64,000 nt of DNA, taken from contig OZ024742.1 in assembly GCA_964016885.1 (NCBI GenBank), positions 185,318,001 to 185,382,000 of the forward strand, read 5' to 3'. The notes below the pieces were generated by a model. That model searched no databases. It was not told where the DNA came from and saw only the letters and a list, made by a program, of their open reading frames with translations. The DNA comes from Eledone cirrhosa (taxonomy: Eukaryota). Below, in pieces: positions 1 to 12,000 of this stretch (position 1 is the first letter of the stretch; every line of letters starts with the position of its first letter). The position numbers were made by a program, and so were the translations under genes.

Positions 1-3000
1 AGTTGGGGTTAAGTTAAGTTGGGGCTAAGTTAAGTTGGGGCTAAGTTAAGTTGGGGTTAAGTTAAGTTGGGGTTAAGTTAAGTTGGGGTCAACTTAAGTT
101 GGGGCTAAGTTAAGTTGGGGTTAAGTTAAGTTGCGGCTAATTTAAGTTGGGGTTAAGTTAAGTTGGGGTTAAATTAAGTTGGGGTCAACGTAAGTTGGGG
201 TTAAGTTAAGTTGGGGTTAAGTTAATTTGGGGGTAAGTTAAGTTGGGGTTAAGTTAAGTTGGGGTTAAGTTAAGTTGGGGTTAAGTTAAGTTGGGGCTGA
301 GTTAAGTTGGGGCTGTGTTAAGTTGGGGTTAAGTTAAGTTGGGGTTAAGTTAAGTTGGGGTTAAGTTGGGGTTAAATTAAGTTGGGTTTAGGTTAAGTTG
401 GGGTTGAGTTAAGTTGGGGTTAAGTTAAGTTGGGGTTAATTTAAGTTGGGGTTAAGTTAAGTTGGGGCTGAGTTAAGTTGGGGTTAAGTTAAGTTGGGGT
501 TGAGTTAAGTTGGGGTTAAGTTAAGTTGGGGTTAAGTTAAGTCGGGGTTAAGTTAAGTTGGGGTTAAGTTAAGTTGGGGTTAAGTTAAGTTGGGGTTAAG
601 TTAAGTTGGGGTTAAGTTAAGTTGGGGTTAAGATAAGTTGGGGTTAAGTTAAGTTGGGGTTGAGTTAAGTTGGGGTTGAGTTAATTTGGGGTTAAGTTAA
701 GTTGGGGTTAACTTAAGTTGGGGTTCAGTTAAGTTGGCGTTCAGTTAAGTTGGGGTTAAGTTAAGTTGCGGTTAAGTTAAGTTGGGGTTAAGTTAAGTTG
801 GGGTTAAGTTAAGTTGGGGTTAAGATAAGTTGGGGTTAAGTTAAGTTGGGGTTGAGTTAAGTTGGGGTTGAGTTAATTGGGGTTAAGTTAAGTTGGGGTT
901 AACTTAAGTTGGGTTTAAGTTAAGTTGGGGTTAAGTTAAGTTGGGGTTAAATTAAGTTGGGGTTAAGATAAGTTGGGGTTAAGTTAAGTCGGGGTTAAGT
1001 TAAGTCGGGGTTAAGTTAAGTTGGGGTTAAGTTAACTTGGTGTTAAGTTAAGTTGGGGCTCAGTTAAGTTGGGGTTGAGTTAAGTTGGGGTCAAGTTAAG
1101 TTGGGACTAAGCTAAGTTGGGGTTAAGTTAAGTTGGGGTTAAGTTAAGTTGGCGCTAAGTTAAGTGAAGGTTAAGTTAAGTTGGGGTTGAGTTAAGTTGG
1201 GGTTAATTTAAGTTGGGGTTGAGTTAAGTTGGGGTTGAGTTAAGTTGGGGTTGAGTTAAGTTGGGGTTACGTTAAGTTGGGGTTAAGTTAAGTTGGGGTT
1301 AAGTTAAGTTTAGGTTAACTTAAGTTGGGGTTAAGTTAAGTTGGGGTTAAGTTAAGTTGGGGCTAAGTTAAGTTGGGGCTAAGTTAAGTTGGGGCTAAGT
1401 TAAGTTGGGGTTAAGTTAAGGTGGGGTTTAGTTAAGTTGGGGTTGAGTTAAGTTGGGGTTGAGTTAAGTTGGGGTTAAGTTAAGTTGGGGTTAAGTTAAG
1501 TTAGGGTTAACTTAAGTTGGGGTTAAGTTAAGTTGGGGTTGAGTTAAGTTGGGGTTTAATTAAGTTGGGGTTGAGTTAAGTTGGGGTTGAGTTAAGTTGG
1601 GCTTGAGTTAATTTGGGGTTGAGTTAAGTTGGGCTTATCTTAAGTTGGGGTTAATTTAAGATGGGGTTAAGTTAAGTTGGGGTTAAGTTAATTTGGGGTT
1701 AAGTTAAGTTGGGGTTAAGTTAAGTTGGGGTTATGTTAAGTTGGGGTTAAGTTAAGTTGAGGTTAACTTAAGTTGGGGTTAAGTTAAGTTGGGGTTAAGT
1801 TAAGTTGGGGCTAAGTTAAGTTGGGGCTAAGTTAAGTTGGGGTTAAGTTAAGTTGGGGTTAAGTTAAGTTGGGGTCAACGTAAGTTGGGGTTAAGTTAAG
1901 TTGGGGTTAAGTTAATTTGGGGGTAAGTTAAGTTGGGGTTAATTTAAGTTGGGGTTAAGTTAAGTTGGGGTTAAGTTAAGTTGGGGCTGAGTTAAGTTGG
2001 GGCTGTGTTAAGTTGGGGTTAAGTTAAGTTGAGGTTAAGTTGGGGTTAAATTAAGTTGGGTTAATTTAAGTTGGGGTTAAGTTAAGTTGGGTTTAGGTTA
2101 AGTTGGGGTTGAGTTAAGTTGGGGTTAAGTTAAGTTGGGGTTAATTTAAGTTGGGGTTAAGTTAAGTTGGGGCTGAGTTAAGTTGGGGTTAAGTTAAGTT
2201 GGGGTTGAGTTAAGTTGGGGTTAAGTTAAGTTGGGGTTAAGTTAAGTCGGGGTTAAGTTAAGTTGGGGTTAAGTTAAGTTGGGGTTAAGTTAAGTTGGGT
2301 TTAAGATAAGTTGGGGTTAAGTTAAGTTGGGGTTGAGTTAAGTTGGGGTTGAGTTAATTTGGGGTTAAGTTAAGTTGGGGTTAACTTAAGTTGGGGTTCA
2401 GTTAAGTTGGCGTTCAGTTAAGTTGCGGTGAAGTTAAGTTGGGGTTAACTTAAGTCGGGGTTAAGTTAAGTTGGGGTCAAGTTAAGTTGGGGTTAAGTTA
2501 AGTTGGGGTTATGTTAAGTTGGGGTTAAGTTAAGTTGGGGTTAAGTTAAGTCGGGGTTAAGTTAAGTTGGGGTTAAGTTAATTGGGGTTAAGTTAAGTTG
2601 GGGTCAAGTTAAGTTGGGGTTAAGTTAAGTTAGGGTTAAGTTAAGCTTGGGTTAAATTAAGTTGGGGTTGAGTTAATTTGGGGTTGAGTTAAGTTGGGGT
2701 TGAGTTAAGTTGGGGTTAATTTAAGTTGGGGTTAACTTAAGTTGGGGTTAAGTTAAGTTGGGGTCAATTTAAGTTGAGGTTAAGTTAACTTGGGATTAAG
2801 TTAAGTTGGGGTTAACTTAAATTGAGGTTAAGTTAAGTTGGGGTTAAGTTAAGTTGGGGGTAAGTTAAGTTGGGGGTAAGTTAAGTTTGGGTTAAGTTGG
2901 GGTTAAGTTAAGTTAGGGTTAAGTTACGTTGGGGTTGAGTTAAGTTGGGGTTAATTTAAATTGGGGTTAAGTTAACTTTGTGGTTAAGTTAAGTTGGGGT

Positions 3001-6000
3001 TAAGTTAAGTTGAGGTTAAGTTAATTTGAGGTTAAGTTAAGTTGGGGTTAAGTTAAGTTGGGGTTAAATTAAGCTGGGTTGAAGTTAAGTTGGGGTTAAG
3101 TTAAGTTGGGGTTAAGTTAAGTTGGGGTTGAGTTAAGTTGGGGTTAAGTTAAGTTGGGGTTAAATTAAGTTGGGGTCAACGTAAGTTGGGGTTAAGTTAA
3201 GTTGGGGTTAAGTTAATTTGGGGGTAAGTTAAGTTGGGGTTAAGTTAAGTTGGGGTTAAGTTAAGTTGGGGTTAAGTTAAGTTGGGGCTGAGTTAAATTG
3301 GGGCTGTGTTAAGTTGGGGTTAAGTTAAGTTGGGGTTAAGTTAAGTTGGGGTTAAGTTAAGTTGGGGTTAAGTTGGGGTTAAATTAAGTTGGGGTTAATT
3401 TAAGTTGGGGTTAAGTTAAGTTGGGTTTAGGTTAAGTTGGGGTTGAGTTAAGTTGGGGTTAAGTTAAGTTGGGGTTAATTTAAGTTGGGGTTAAGTTAAG
3501 TTGGGGCTGAGTTAAGTTGGGGTTAAGTTAAGTTGGGGTTAAGTTAAGTTGGGGTTAAGTTAAGTTGGGGTTAAGATAAGTTGGGGTTAAGTTAAGTTGG
3601 GGTTGAGTTAAGTTGGGGTTGAGTTAATTTGGGGTTAAGTTAAGTTGGGGTTAACTTAAGTTGGGGTTCAGTTAAGTTGGCGTTCAGTTAAGTTGCGGTG
3701 AAGTTAAGTTGGGGTTAACTTAAGTCGGGGTTAAGTTAAGTTGGGGTTAAGTTAAGTTGGGGTGAAGTTAAGTTGGGGTTAAGTTAAGTTGGGGTTATGT
3801 TAAGTTGGCGTTCAGTTAAGTTGCGGTGAAGTTAAGTTGGGGTTAACTTAAGTCGGGGTTAAGTTAAGTTGGGGTTAAGTTAAGTTGGAGTCAAGTTAAG
3901 TTGGGGTTAAGTTAAGTTGGGGTTATGTTAAGTTGGGGTTAAGTTAAGTTGGGGTTAAGTTAAGTCGGGGTTAAGTTAAGTTGGGGTTAAGTTAATTGGG
4001 GTTAAGTTAAGTTGGGGGTCAAGTTAAGTTGGGGTTCAGTTAAGTTAGGGTTAAGTTAAGCTTGGGTTAAATTAAGTTGGGGTTGAGTTAATTTGGGGTT
4101 GAGTTAAGTTGGGGTTGAGTTAAGTTGGGGTTGAGTTAAGTTGGGGTTAAGTTAAGTTGGGGTTAACTTAAGTTGGGGTTAAGTTAAGTTGGGGTCAATT
4201 TAAGTTGAGGTTAAGTTAACTTGGGATTAAGTTAAGTTGGGGTTAACTTAAATTGAGGTTAAGTTAAGTTGGGGTTAAGTTAAGTTGGGGGTAAGTTAAG
4301 TTGGGGGTAAGTTAAGTTTGGGTTAAGTTGGGGTTAAGTTAAGTTAGGGTTAAGTTACGTTGGGGTTGAGTTAAGTTGGGGTTAATTTAAATTGGGGTTA
4401 AGTTAACTTTGTGGTTAAGTTAAGTTGGGGTTAAGTTAAGTTGAGGTTAAGTTAATTTGAGGTTAAGTTAAGTTGGGGTTAAGTTAAGTTGGGGTTAAAT
4501 TAAGCTGGGTTGAAGTTAAGTTGGGGTTAAGTTAAGTTGGGGTTAAGTTAAGTTGGGGTTGAGTTAAGTTGGGGTTAAGTTAAGTTGGGTTTAAGTTAAG
4601 TTGGGGTTAAGTTAAGTTGGGGTTAAGTTAAGGTGGGGTTAAGTTAAGTTGGGGTTAAGTTAAGTCGGGGTTAAGTTAAGTTGGGGTTAAGTTAAGTTGG
4701 GGTTAAATTAAGTTGGGGTTAAGTTAAGTTGGGGTTAAGATAAGTTGGGGTTAAGTTAAGTTGGGGTTGAGTTAAGTTGGGGTTGAGTTAATTTGGGGTT
4801 AAGTTAAGTTGGGGTTAACTTAAGTTGGGGTTAAGTTAAGTTGGCGTTCAGTTAAGTTGCGGTTAAGTTAAGTTGGGGTTAACTTAAGTCGGGGTTAAGT
4901 TAAGTTGGGGTTAAGTTAAGTTGGGGTCAGGTTAAGTTGGGGTTAAGTTAAGTTGGGGTTAAGTTAAGTTCGGGTTAAGTTAAGTCGGGGTTAAGTTAAG
5001 TTGGGGTTAAGTTAAGTTGGGGTTAAGTTAAGTTGGGGTTAAGTTAAGTCGCGGTTAGTTAAGTTGGGGTTAAGTTAAGATGGGGTTAAGTTAAGTTGTG
5101 GTTAAGTTAAGTTGGGGTTAAGATAAGTTGGGGTTAACTTAAGTTGCGGTTGAGTTAAGTTAGGGTTGAGTTAATTGGGGTTAAGTTAAGTTGGGGCTAA
5201 GTTAAGTTGGGGCTAAGTTAAGTTGGGGTTAAGTTAAGGTGGGGTTTACTTAAGTTGGGGTTGAGTTAAGTTGGGGTTGAGTTAAGTTGGGGTTAAGTTA
5301 AGTTGGGGTTAAGTTAAGTTAGGGTTAACTTAAGTTGGGGTTAAGTTAAGTTTAGGTTAACTTAAGTTGGGGTTAAGTTAAGTTGGGGTTAAGTTAAGTT
5401 GGGGCTAAGTTAAGTTGGGGCTAAGTTAAGTTGGGGCTAAGTTAAGTTGGGGTTAAGTTAAGGTGGGGTTTAGTTAAGTTGGGGTTGAGTTAAGTTGGGG
5501 TTGAGTTAAGTTAGGGTTAAGTTAAGTTGGGGTTAAGTTAAGTTAGGGTTAACTTAAGTTGGGGTTAAGTTAAGTTGGGGTTGAGTTAAGTTGGGGTTTA
5601 ATTAAGTTGGGGTTGAGTTAAGTTGGGGTTGAGTTAAGTTGGGCTTGAGTTAAGTTGGGGTTGAGTTAAGTTGGGCTTATCTTAAGTTGGGGTTAATTTA
5701 AGATGGGGTTAAGTTAAGTTGGGGTTAAGTTAATTTGGGGTTAAGTTAAGTTGGGGTTAAGTTAAGTTGGGGTTATGTTAAGTTGGGGTTAAGTTAAGTT
5801 GAGGTTAACTTAAGTTGGGGTTAAGTTAAGTTGGGGTTAAGTTAAGTTGGGGCTAAGTTAAGTTGGGGCTAAGTTAAGTTGGGGTTAAGTTAAGTTGGGG
5901 TTAAGTTAAGTTGGGGTCAACTTAAGTTGGGGCTAAGTTAAGTTGGGGTTAAGTTAAGTTGGGGCTAAGTTAAGTTGGAGTTAAGTTAAGTTGGGGTTAA

Positions 6001-9000
6001 ATTAAGTTGGGGTCAACGTAAGTTGGGGTTAAGTTAAGTTGGGGTTAAGTTAATTTGGGGGTAAGTTATGTTGGGGTTAAGTTAAGTTGGGGTTAAGTTA
6101 AGTTGGGGTTAAGTTAAGTTGGGGCTGAGTTAAATTGGGGCTGTGTTAAGTTGGGGTTAAGTTAAGTTGGGGTTAAGTTAAGTTGGGGTTAAGTTAAGTT
6201 GGGGTTAAGTTGGGGTTAAATTAAGTTGGGGTTAATTTAAGTTGGGGTTAAGTTAAGTTGGGTTTAGGTTAAGTTGGGGTTGAGTTAAGTTGGGGTTAAG
6301 TTAAGTTGGGGTTAATTTAAGTTGGGGTTAAGTTAAGTTGGGGCTGAGTTAAGTTGGGGTTAAGTTAAGTTGGGGTTGAGTTAAGTTGGGGTTAAGTTAA
6401 GTTGGAGTTAAGTTAAGTCGGGATTAAGTTAAGTTGGGGTTAAGTTAAGTTGGGGTTAAGTTAAGTTGGGGTTAAGTTAAGTTGGGGTTAAGTTAAGTTG
6501 GGGTTAAGATAAGTTGGGGTTAAGTTAAGTTGGGGTTGAGTTAAGTTGGGGTTGAGTTAATTTGGGGTTAAGTTAAGTTGGGGTTAACTTAAGTTGGGGT
6601 TCAGTTAAGTTGGCGTTCAGTTAAGTTGCGGTGAAGTTAAGTTGGGGTTAACTTAAGTCGGGGTTAAGTTAAGTTGGGGTTAAGTTAAGTTGGGGTCAAG
6701 TTAAGTTGGGGTTAAGTTAAGTTGGGGTTATGTTAAGTTGGGGTTAAGTTAAGTTGGGGTTAAGTTAAGTCGGGGTTAAGTTAAGTTGGGGTTAAGTTAA
6801 GTTGGGGATAAGTTAAGTTGGGGTCAAGTTAAGTTGGGGTTAAGTTAAGTTGGGGTTAAGTTAAGTCGCGGTTAATTTAAGTTGGGGTTAAGTTAAGATG
6901 GGGTTAAGTTAAGTTGGGGTTAAGTTAAGTTGGGGTTAAGATAAGTTGGGGTTAAGTTAAGTTGGGGTTGAGTTAAGTTGGGGTTGAGTTAATTGGGGTT
7001 AAGTTAAGTTGGGGTTAACTTAAGTTGGGTTTAAGTTAAGTTGGGGTTAAGTTAAGTTGGGGTTAAATTAAGTTGGGGTTAAGATAAGTTGGGGTTAAGT
7101 TAAGTCGGGGTTAAGTTAAGTCGGGGTTAAGTTAAGTTGGGGTTAAGTTAACTTGGTGTTAAGTTAAGTTGGGGCTCAGTTAAGTTGGGGTTGAGTTAAG
7201 TTGGGGTCAATTTAAGTTGGGACTAAGCTAAGTTGGGGTTAAGTTAAGTTGGGCTTAAGTTAAGTTGGCGCTAAGTTTAGTGAAGGTTAAGTTAAGTTGG
7301 GGTTGAGTTAAGTTGGGGTTAAGTTAAGTTGGGGTTAAGTTAAGTTAGGGTTAAGTTAAGCTTGGGTTAAGTTAAGTTGGGGTTGAGTTAATTTGGGGTT
7401 GAGTTAAGTTGGGGTTGAGTTAAGTTGGGGTTGAGTTAAGTTGGGGTTACGTTAAGTTGGGGTTAACTTAAGTTGGTGTTAAGTTAAGTTGGGGTCAATT
7501 TAAGTTGAGGTTAAGTTAACTTGGGATTAAGTTAAGTTGGGGTTAACTTAAATTGAGGTTAAGATAAGTTGGGGTTAAGTTAAGTTGGGGGTAAGTTAAG
7601 TTGGGGGTAAGTTAAGTTTGGGTTAAGTTGGGGTTAAGTTAAGTTAGGGTTAAGTTACGTTGGGGTTGAGTTAAGTTGGGGTTAATTTAAATTGGGGTTA
7701 AGTTAAATTTGTGGTTCAGTTAAGTTGGGGTTAAGTTAAGTTGGGGCTTATTTAAGTTGGGGTTAAGTTAAGTTGTGGTTAAGTTAAGTTGGGGTTAAGT
7801 TAAGTTGGGGTTAAGTTAAGTTGGGGTTAAGTTAAGTTGGGGTTAAATTAAGCTGGGTTGAAGTTAAGTTGGGGTTAAGTTAAGTTGGGGTTAAGTTAAG
7901 TTGGGGTTAAGTTAAGTTGGGGTTAAGTTAAGTCGGGGTTAAGTTAATTTGAGGTTCAGTTAAGTTGGGGTTAAGTTAAGTTGGGGCTTATTTAAGTTGG
8001 GGTTAAGTTAAGTTGTGGTTAAGTTAAGTTGGGGTTAAGTTAAGTCGGGGTTAAGTTAAGTCGGGGTTAAGTTAAGTTGTGGTTAAGTTAAGTTGGGGTT
8101 AAGTTAAGTTGGGGTTAAGTTAAGTTAGGGATAAGCTAAGTTGGCGTTAAGTTAAGTTGGGGTTAAGTTAAGTTGGGGTTAAGTTAAGTTGTGGTTAAGT
8201 TAAGTTGGGGCTGAGTTAAGTTGGGGTCAAGTTAAGTTGGGGTTGAGTTAAGTTGGGGTTAAGTTAACTTGGGGTTAATTTAAGTTGGGGTTAAGTCAAA
8301 TTGGGTTTGAGTTAAGTTAGGGTTAAGTTAAGTTGGGGTTAAGTTAAGTTGGGGTTAAGTTAAGTTGGGGTTAAGTTAAGTTGGGGTTAAATTAAGCTGG
8401 GTTTAAGTTAAGTTGGGGTTAAGTTAAGTTGGGGTTAAGTTAAGTTGGGGTTAAGTTAAGTTGAGGTTAAGTTAGGTTGGGGTTAAATTCAGTTGGGGTT
8501 AAGTTAAGTTGGGGTTAAGTTAATTTGGGGATAAGTTAAGTTGAGTTTAAGTTAAGTTGGAGTTGATTTAAGTTGAGGTTAAGTTAAGTTGTGGTAAAGT
8601 TAAGTTGGGGTTAAGTTAAGTTGGGGTTAAGTTAAGTTGGGGTTCAGTTAAGTTGGGGTTAAGTTAAGTAGGGGTTCAGTTGGGGTTAAATTAATTTGGG
8701 GTTAAGTTAAGTTGGGGTTAAGTTAAGTTGGGTTTAAGTTAAGTTGGGGTTAAGTTAAGGTGGGGTTAAGTTAAGTTGGGGTTAAGTTAAGTCGGGGTTA
8801 AGTTAAGTTGGGGTGAAGTTAAGTTGGGGTTAAGTTAAGTTGGGGTTAAGTTAAGTTCGGGTTAAGATAAGTTGGGGTTAAGTTAAGTTGGGGTTGAGTT
8901 AAGTTGGGGTTGAGTTAATTTGGGGTTAAGTTAAGTTGGGGTTAACTTAAGTTGGGGTTAAGTTAAGTTGGCGTTCAGTTAAGTTGCGGTTAAGTTAAGT

Positions 9001-12000
9001 TGGGGTTAACTTAAGTCGGGTTTAAGTTAAGTTGGGGTTAAGTTAAGTTGGGGTCAAGTTAAGTTGGGGTTAAGTTAAGTTGGGGTTAAGTTAAGTTGGG
9101 GTTAAGTTAAGTCGGGGTTAAGTTAAGTTGGGGTTAAGTTAAGTTGGGGTTAAGTTAAGTTGGGGTCAAGTTAAGTTGGGGTTAAGTTAAGTTGGGGTTC
9201 AGTTAAGTTGGGGTTAAGTTAAGTCGCGGTTAAGTTAAGTTGGGGTTAAGTTAAGATGGGGTTAAGTTAAGTTGTGGTTAAGTTAAGTTGGGGTTAAGAT
9301 AAGTTGGGGTTAAGTTAAGTTGCGGTTGAGTTAAGTTGGGGTTGAGTTAATTGGGGTTAAGTTAAGTTGGGGTTAACTTAAGTTGGGTTTAAGTTAAGTT
9401 GGGGTTAAGTTAAGTTGGGGTTAAATTAAGTTGGGGTTATGATAAGTTGGGGTTAAGTTAAGTCGGGGTTAAGTTATGTCGGGGTTAAGTTAAGTTGGGG
9501 TTAAGTTAACTTGGTGTTAAGTTAAGTTGGGGTTCAGTTAAGTTGGGGTTGAGTTAAGTTGGGGGTCAAGTTAAGTTGGGGTTAAGCTAAGTTGGGGTTA
9601 AGTTAAGTTGGGGTTAAGTTAAGTTGGGGTTAATTTAAGTTTTGGTTAAGTTAAGTTGGGGCTGAGTTAAGTTGGCGTCAAGTTAAGTTGGGGTTGAGTT
9701 AAGAAGGGGTTAAGTTAACTTGGGGTTAAGTTAACTTGGGGTTAAGTTAAGTTGGGGTTAAGTTAAGTTGGGGTTAAGTTAAGTTGGGGTTAAGATAAGT
9801 TGGGGTTAAGTTAAGTTGGGGTTGAGTTAAGTTGGGGTTGAGTTAATTTGGGGTTAAGTTAAGTTGGGGTTAACTTAAGTTGGGGTTCAGTTAAGTTGGC
9901 GTTCAGTTAAGTTGCGGTGAAGTTAAGTTGGGGTTAACTTAAGTCGGGGTTAAGTTAAGTTGGGGTTAAGTTAAGTTGGGGTCAAGTTAAGTTGGGGTTA
10001 AGTTAAGTTGGGGTTATGTTAAGTTGGGGTTAAGTTAAGTTGGGGTTAAGTTAAGTCGGGGTTAAGTTAAGTTGGGGTTAAGTTAAGTTGGGGTTAAGTT
10101 AAGTTGGGGTCAAGTTAAGTTGGGGTTAAGTTAAGTTGGGGTTAAGTTAAGTCGCGGTTAAGTTAAGTTGGGGTTAAGTTAAGATGGGGTTAAGTTAAGT
10201 TGGGGTTAAGTTAAGTTGGGGTTAAGATAAGTTGGGGTTAAGTTAAGTTGGGGTTGAGTTAAGTTGGGGTTGAGTTAATTGGGGTTAAGTTAAGTTGGGG
10301 TTAACTTAAGTTGGGTTTAAGTTAAGTTGGGGTTAAGTTAAGTTGGGGTTAAATTAAGTTGGGGTTAAGATAAGTTGGGGTTAAGTTAAGTCGGTGTTAA
10401 GTTAAGTCGGGGTTAAGTTAAGTTCGGGTTAAGTTAACTTGCTGTTAAGTTAAGTTGGGGCTCAGTTAAGTTGGGGTTGAGTTAAGTTGGGGTCAAGTTA
10501 AGTTGGGACTAAGCTAAGTTGGGGTTAAGTTAAGTTGGGGTTAAGTTAAGTTGGCGCTAAGTTAAGTGAAGGTTAAGTTAAGTTGGGGTTGAGTTAAGTT
10601 GGGGTTAAGTTAAGTTGGGGTTGAGTTAAGTTGGGGTTGAGTTAAGTTGGGGTTGAGTTAAGTTGGGGTTACGTTAAGTTGGGGTTAAGTTAAGTTGGGG
10701 TTAAGTTAAGTTTAGGTTAACTTAAGTTGGGGTTAAGTTAAGTTGGGGTTAAGTTAAGTTGGGGCTAAGTTAAGTTGGGGCTAAGTTAAGTTGGGGCTAA
10801 GTTAAGTTGGGGTTAAGTTAAGGTGGGGTTTAGTTAAGTTGGGGTTGAGTTAAGTTAGGGTTGAGTTAAGTTGGGGTTAAGTTAAGTTGGGGTTAAGTTA
10901 AGTTAGGGTTAACTTAAGTTGGGGTTAAGTTAAGTTGGGGTTGAGTTAAGTTGGGGTTTAATTAAGTTGGGGTTAAGTTAAGTTGGGGTTGAGTTAAGTT
11001 GGGCTTGAGTTAAGTTGGGGTTGAGTTAAGTTGGGCTTATCTTAAGTTGGGGTTAATTTAAGATGGGGTTAAGTTAAGTTGGGGTTAAGTTGGGGTTAAA
11101 TTAAGTTGGGGTTAATTTAAGTTGGGGTTAAGTTAAGTTGGGTTTAGGTTAAGTTGGGGTTGAGTTAAGTTGGGGTTAAGTTAAGTTGGGGTTAATTTAA
11201 GTTGGGGTTAAGTTAAGTTGGGGCTGAGTTAAGTTGGGGTTAAGTTAAGTTGGGGTTGAGTTAAGTTGGGGTTAAGTTAAGTTGGGGTTAAGTTAAGTCG
11301 GGGTTAAGTTAAGTTGGGGTTAAGTTAAGTTGGGGTTAAGTTAAGTTGGGGTTAAGTTAAGTTGGGGTTAAGTTAAGTTGGGGTTAAGTTAAGTTGGGGT
11401 TGAGTTAAGTTGGGGTTGAGTTAATTTGGGGTTAAGTTAAGTTGGGGTTAACTTAAGTTGGGGTTCAGTTAAGTTGGCGTTCAGTTAAGTTGCGGTGAAG
11501 TTAAGTTGGGGTTAACTTAAGTCGGGGTTGAGTTAAGTTGGGGTTAAGTTAAGTTGGGGTCAAGTTAAGTTGGGGTTAAGTTAAGTTGGGGTTATGTTAA
11601 GTTGGGGTTAAGTTAAGTTGGGGTTAAGTTAAGTCGGGGTTAAGTTAAGTTGGGGTTAAGTTAAGTTGGGGTTAAGTTAAGTTGGGGTCAAGTTAAGTTG
11701 GGGTTAAGTTAAGTTGGGGTTAAGTTAAGTCGCGGTTAAGTTAAGTTGGGGTTAAGTTAAGATGTGGTTAAGTTAAGTTGGGGTTAAGTTAAGTTGGGGT
11801 TAAGATAAGTTGGGGTTAAGTTAAGTTGGGGTTGAGTTAAGTTGGGGTTGAGTTAATTGGGGTTAAGTTAAGTTGGGGTTAACTTAAGTTGGGTTTAAGT
11901 TAAGTTTGGGTTAAGTTAAGTTGGGGTTAAATTAAGTTGGGGTTAAGATAAGTTGGGGTTAAGTTAAGTCGGGGTTAAGTTAAGTCGGGGTTAATTTAAG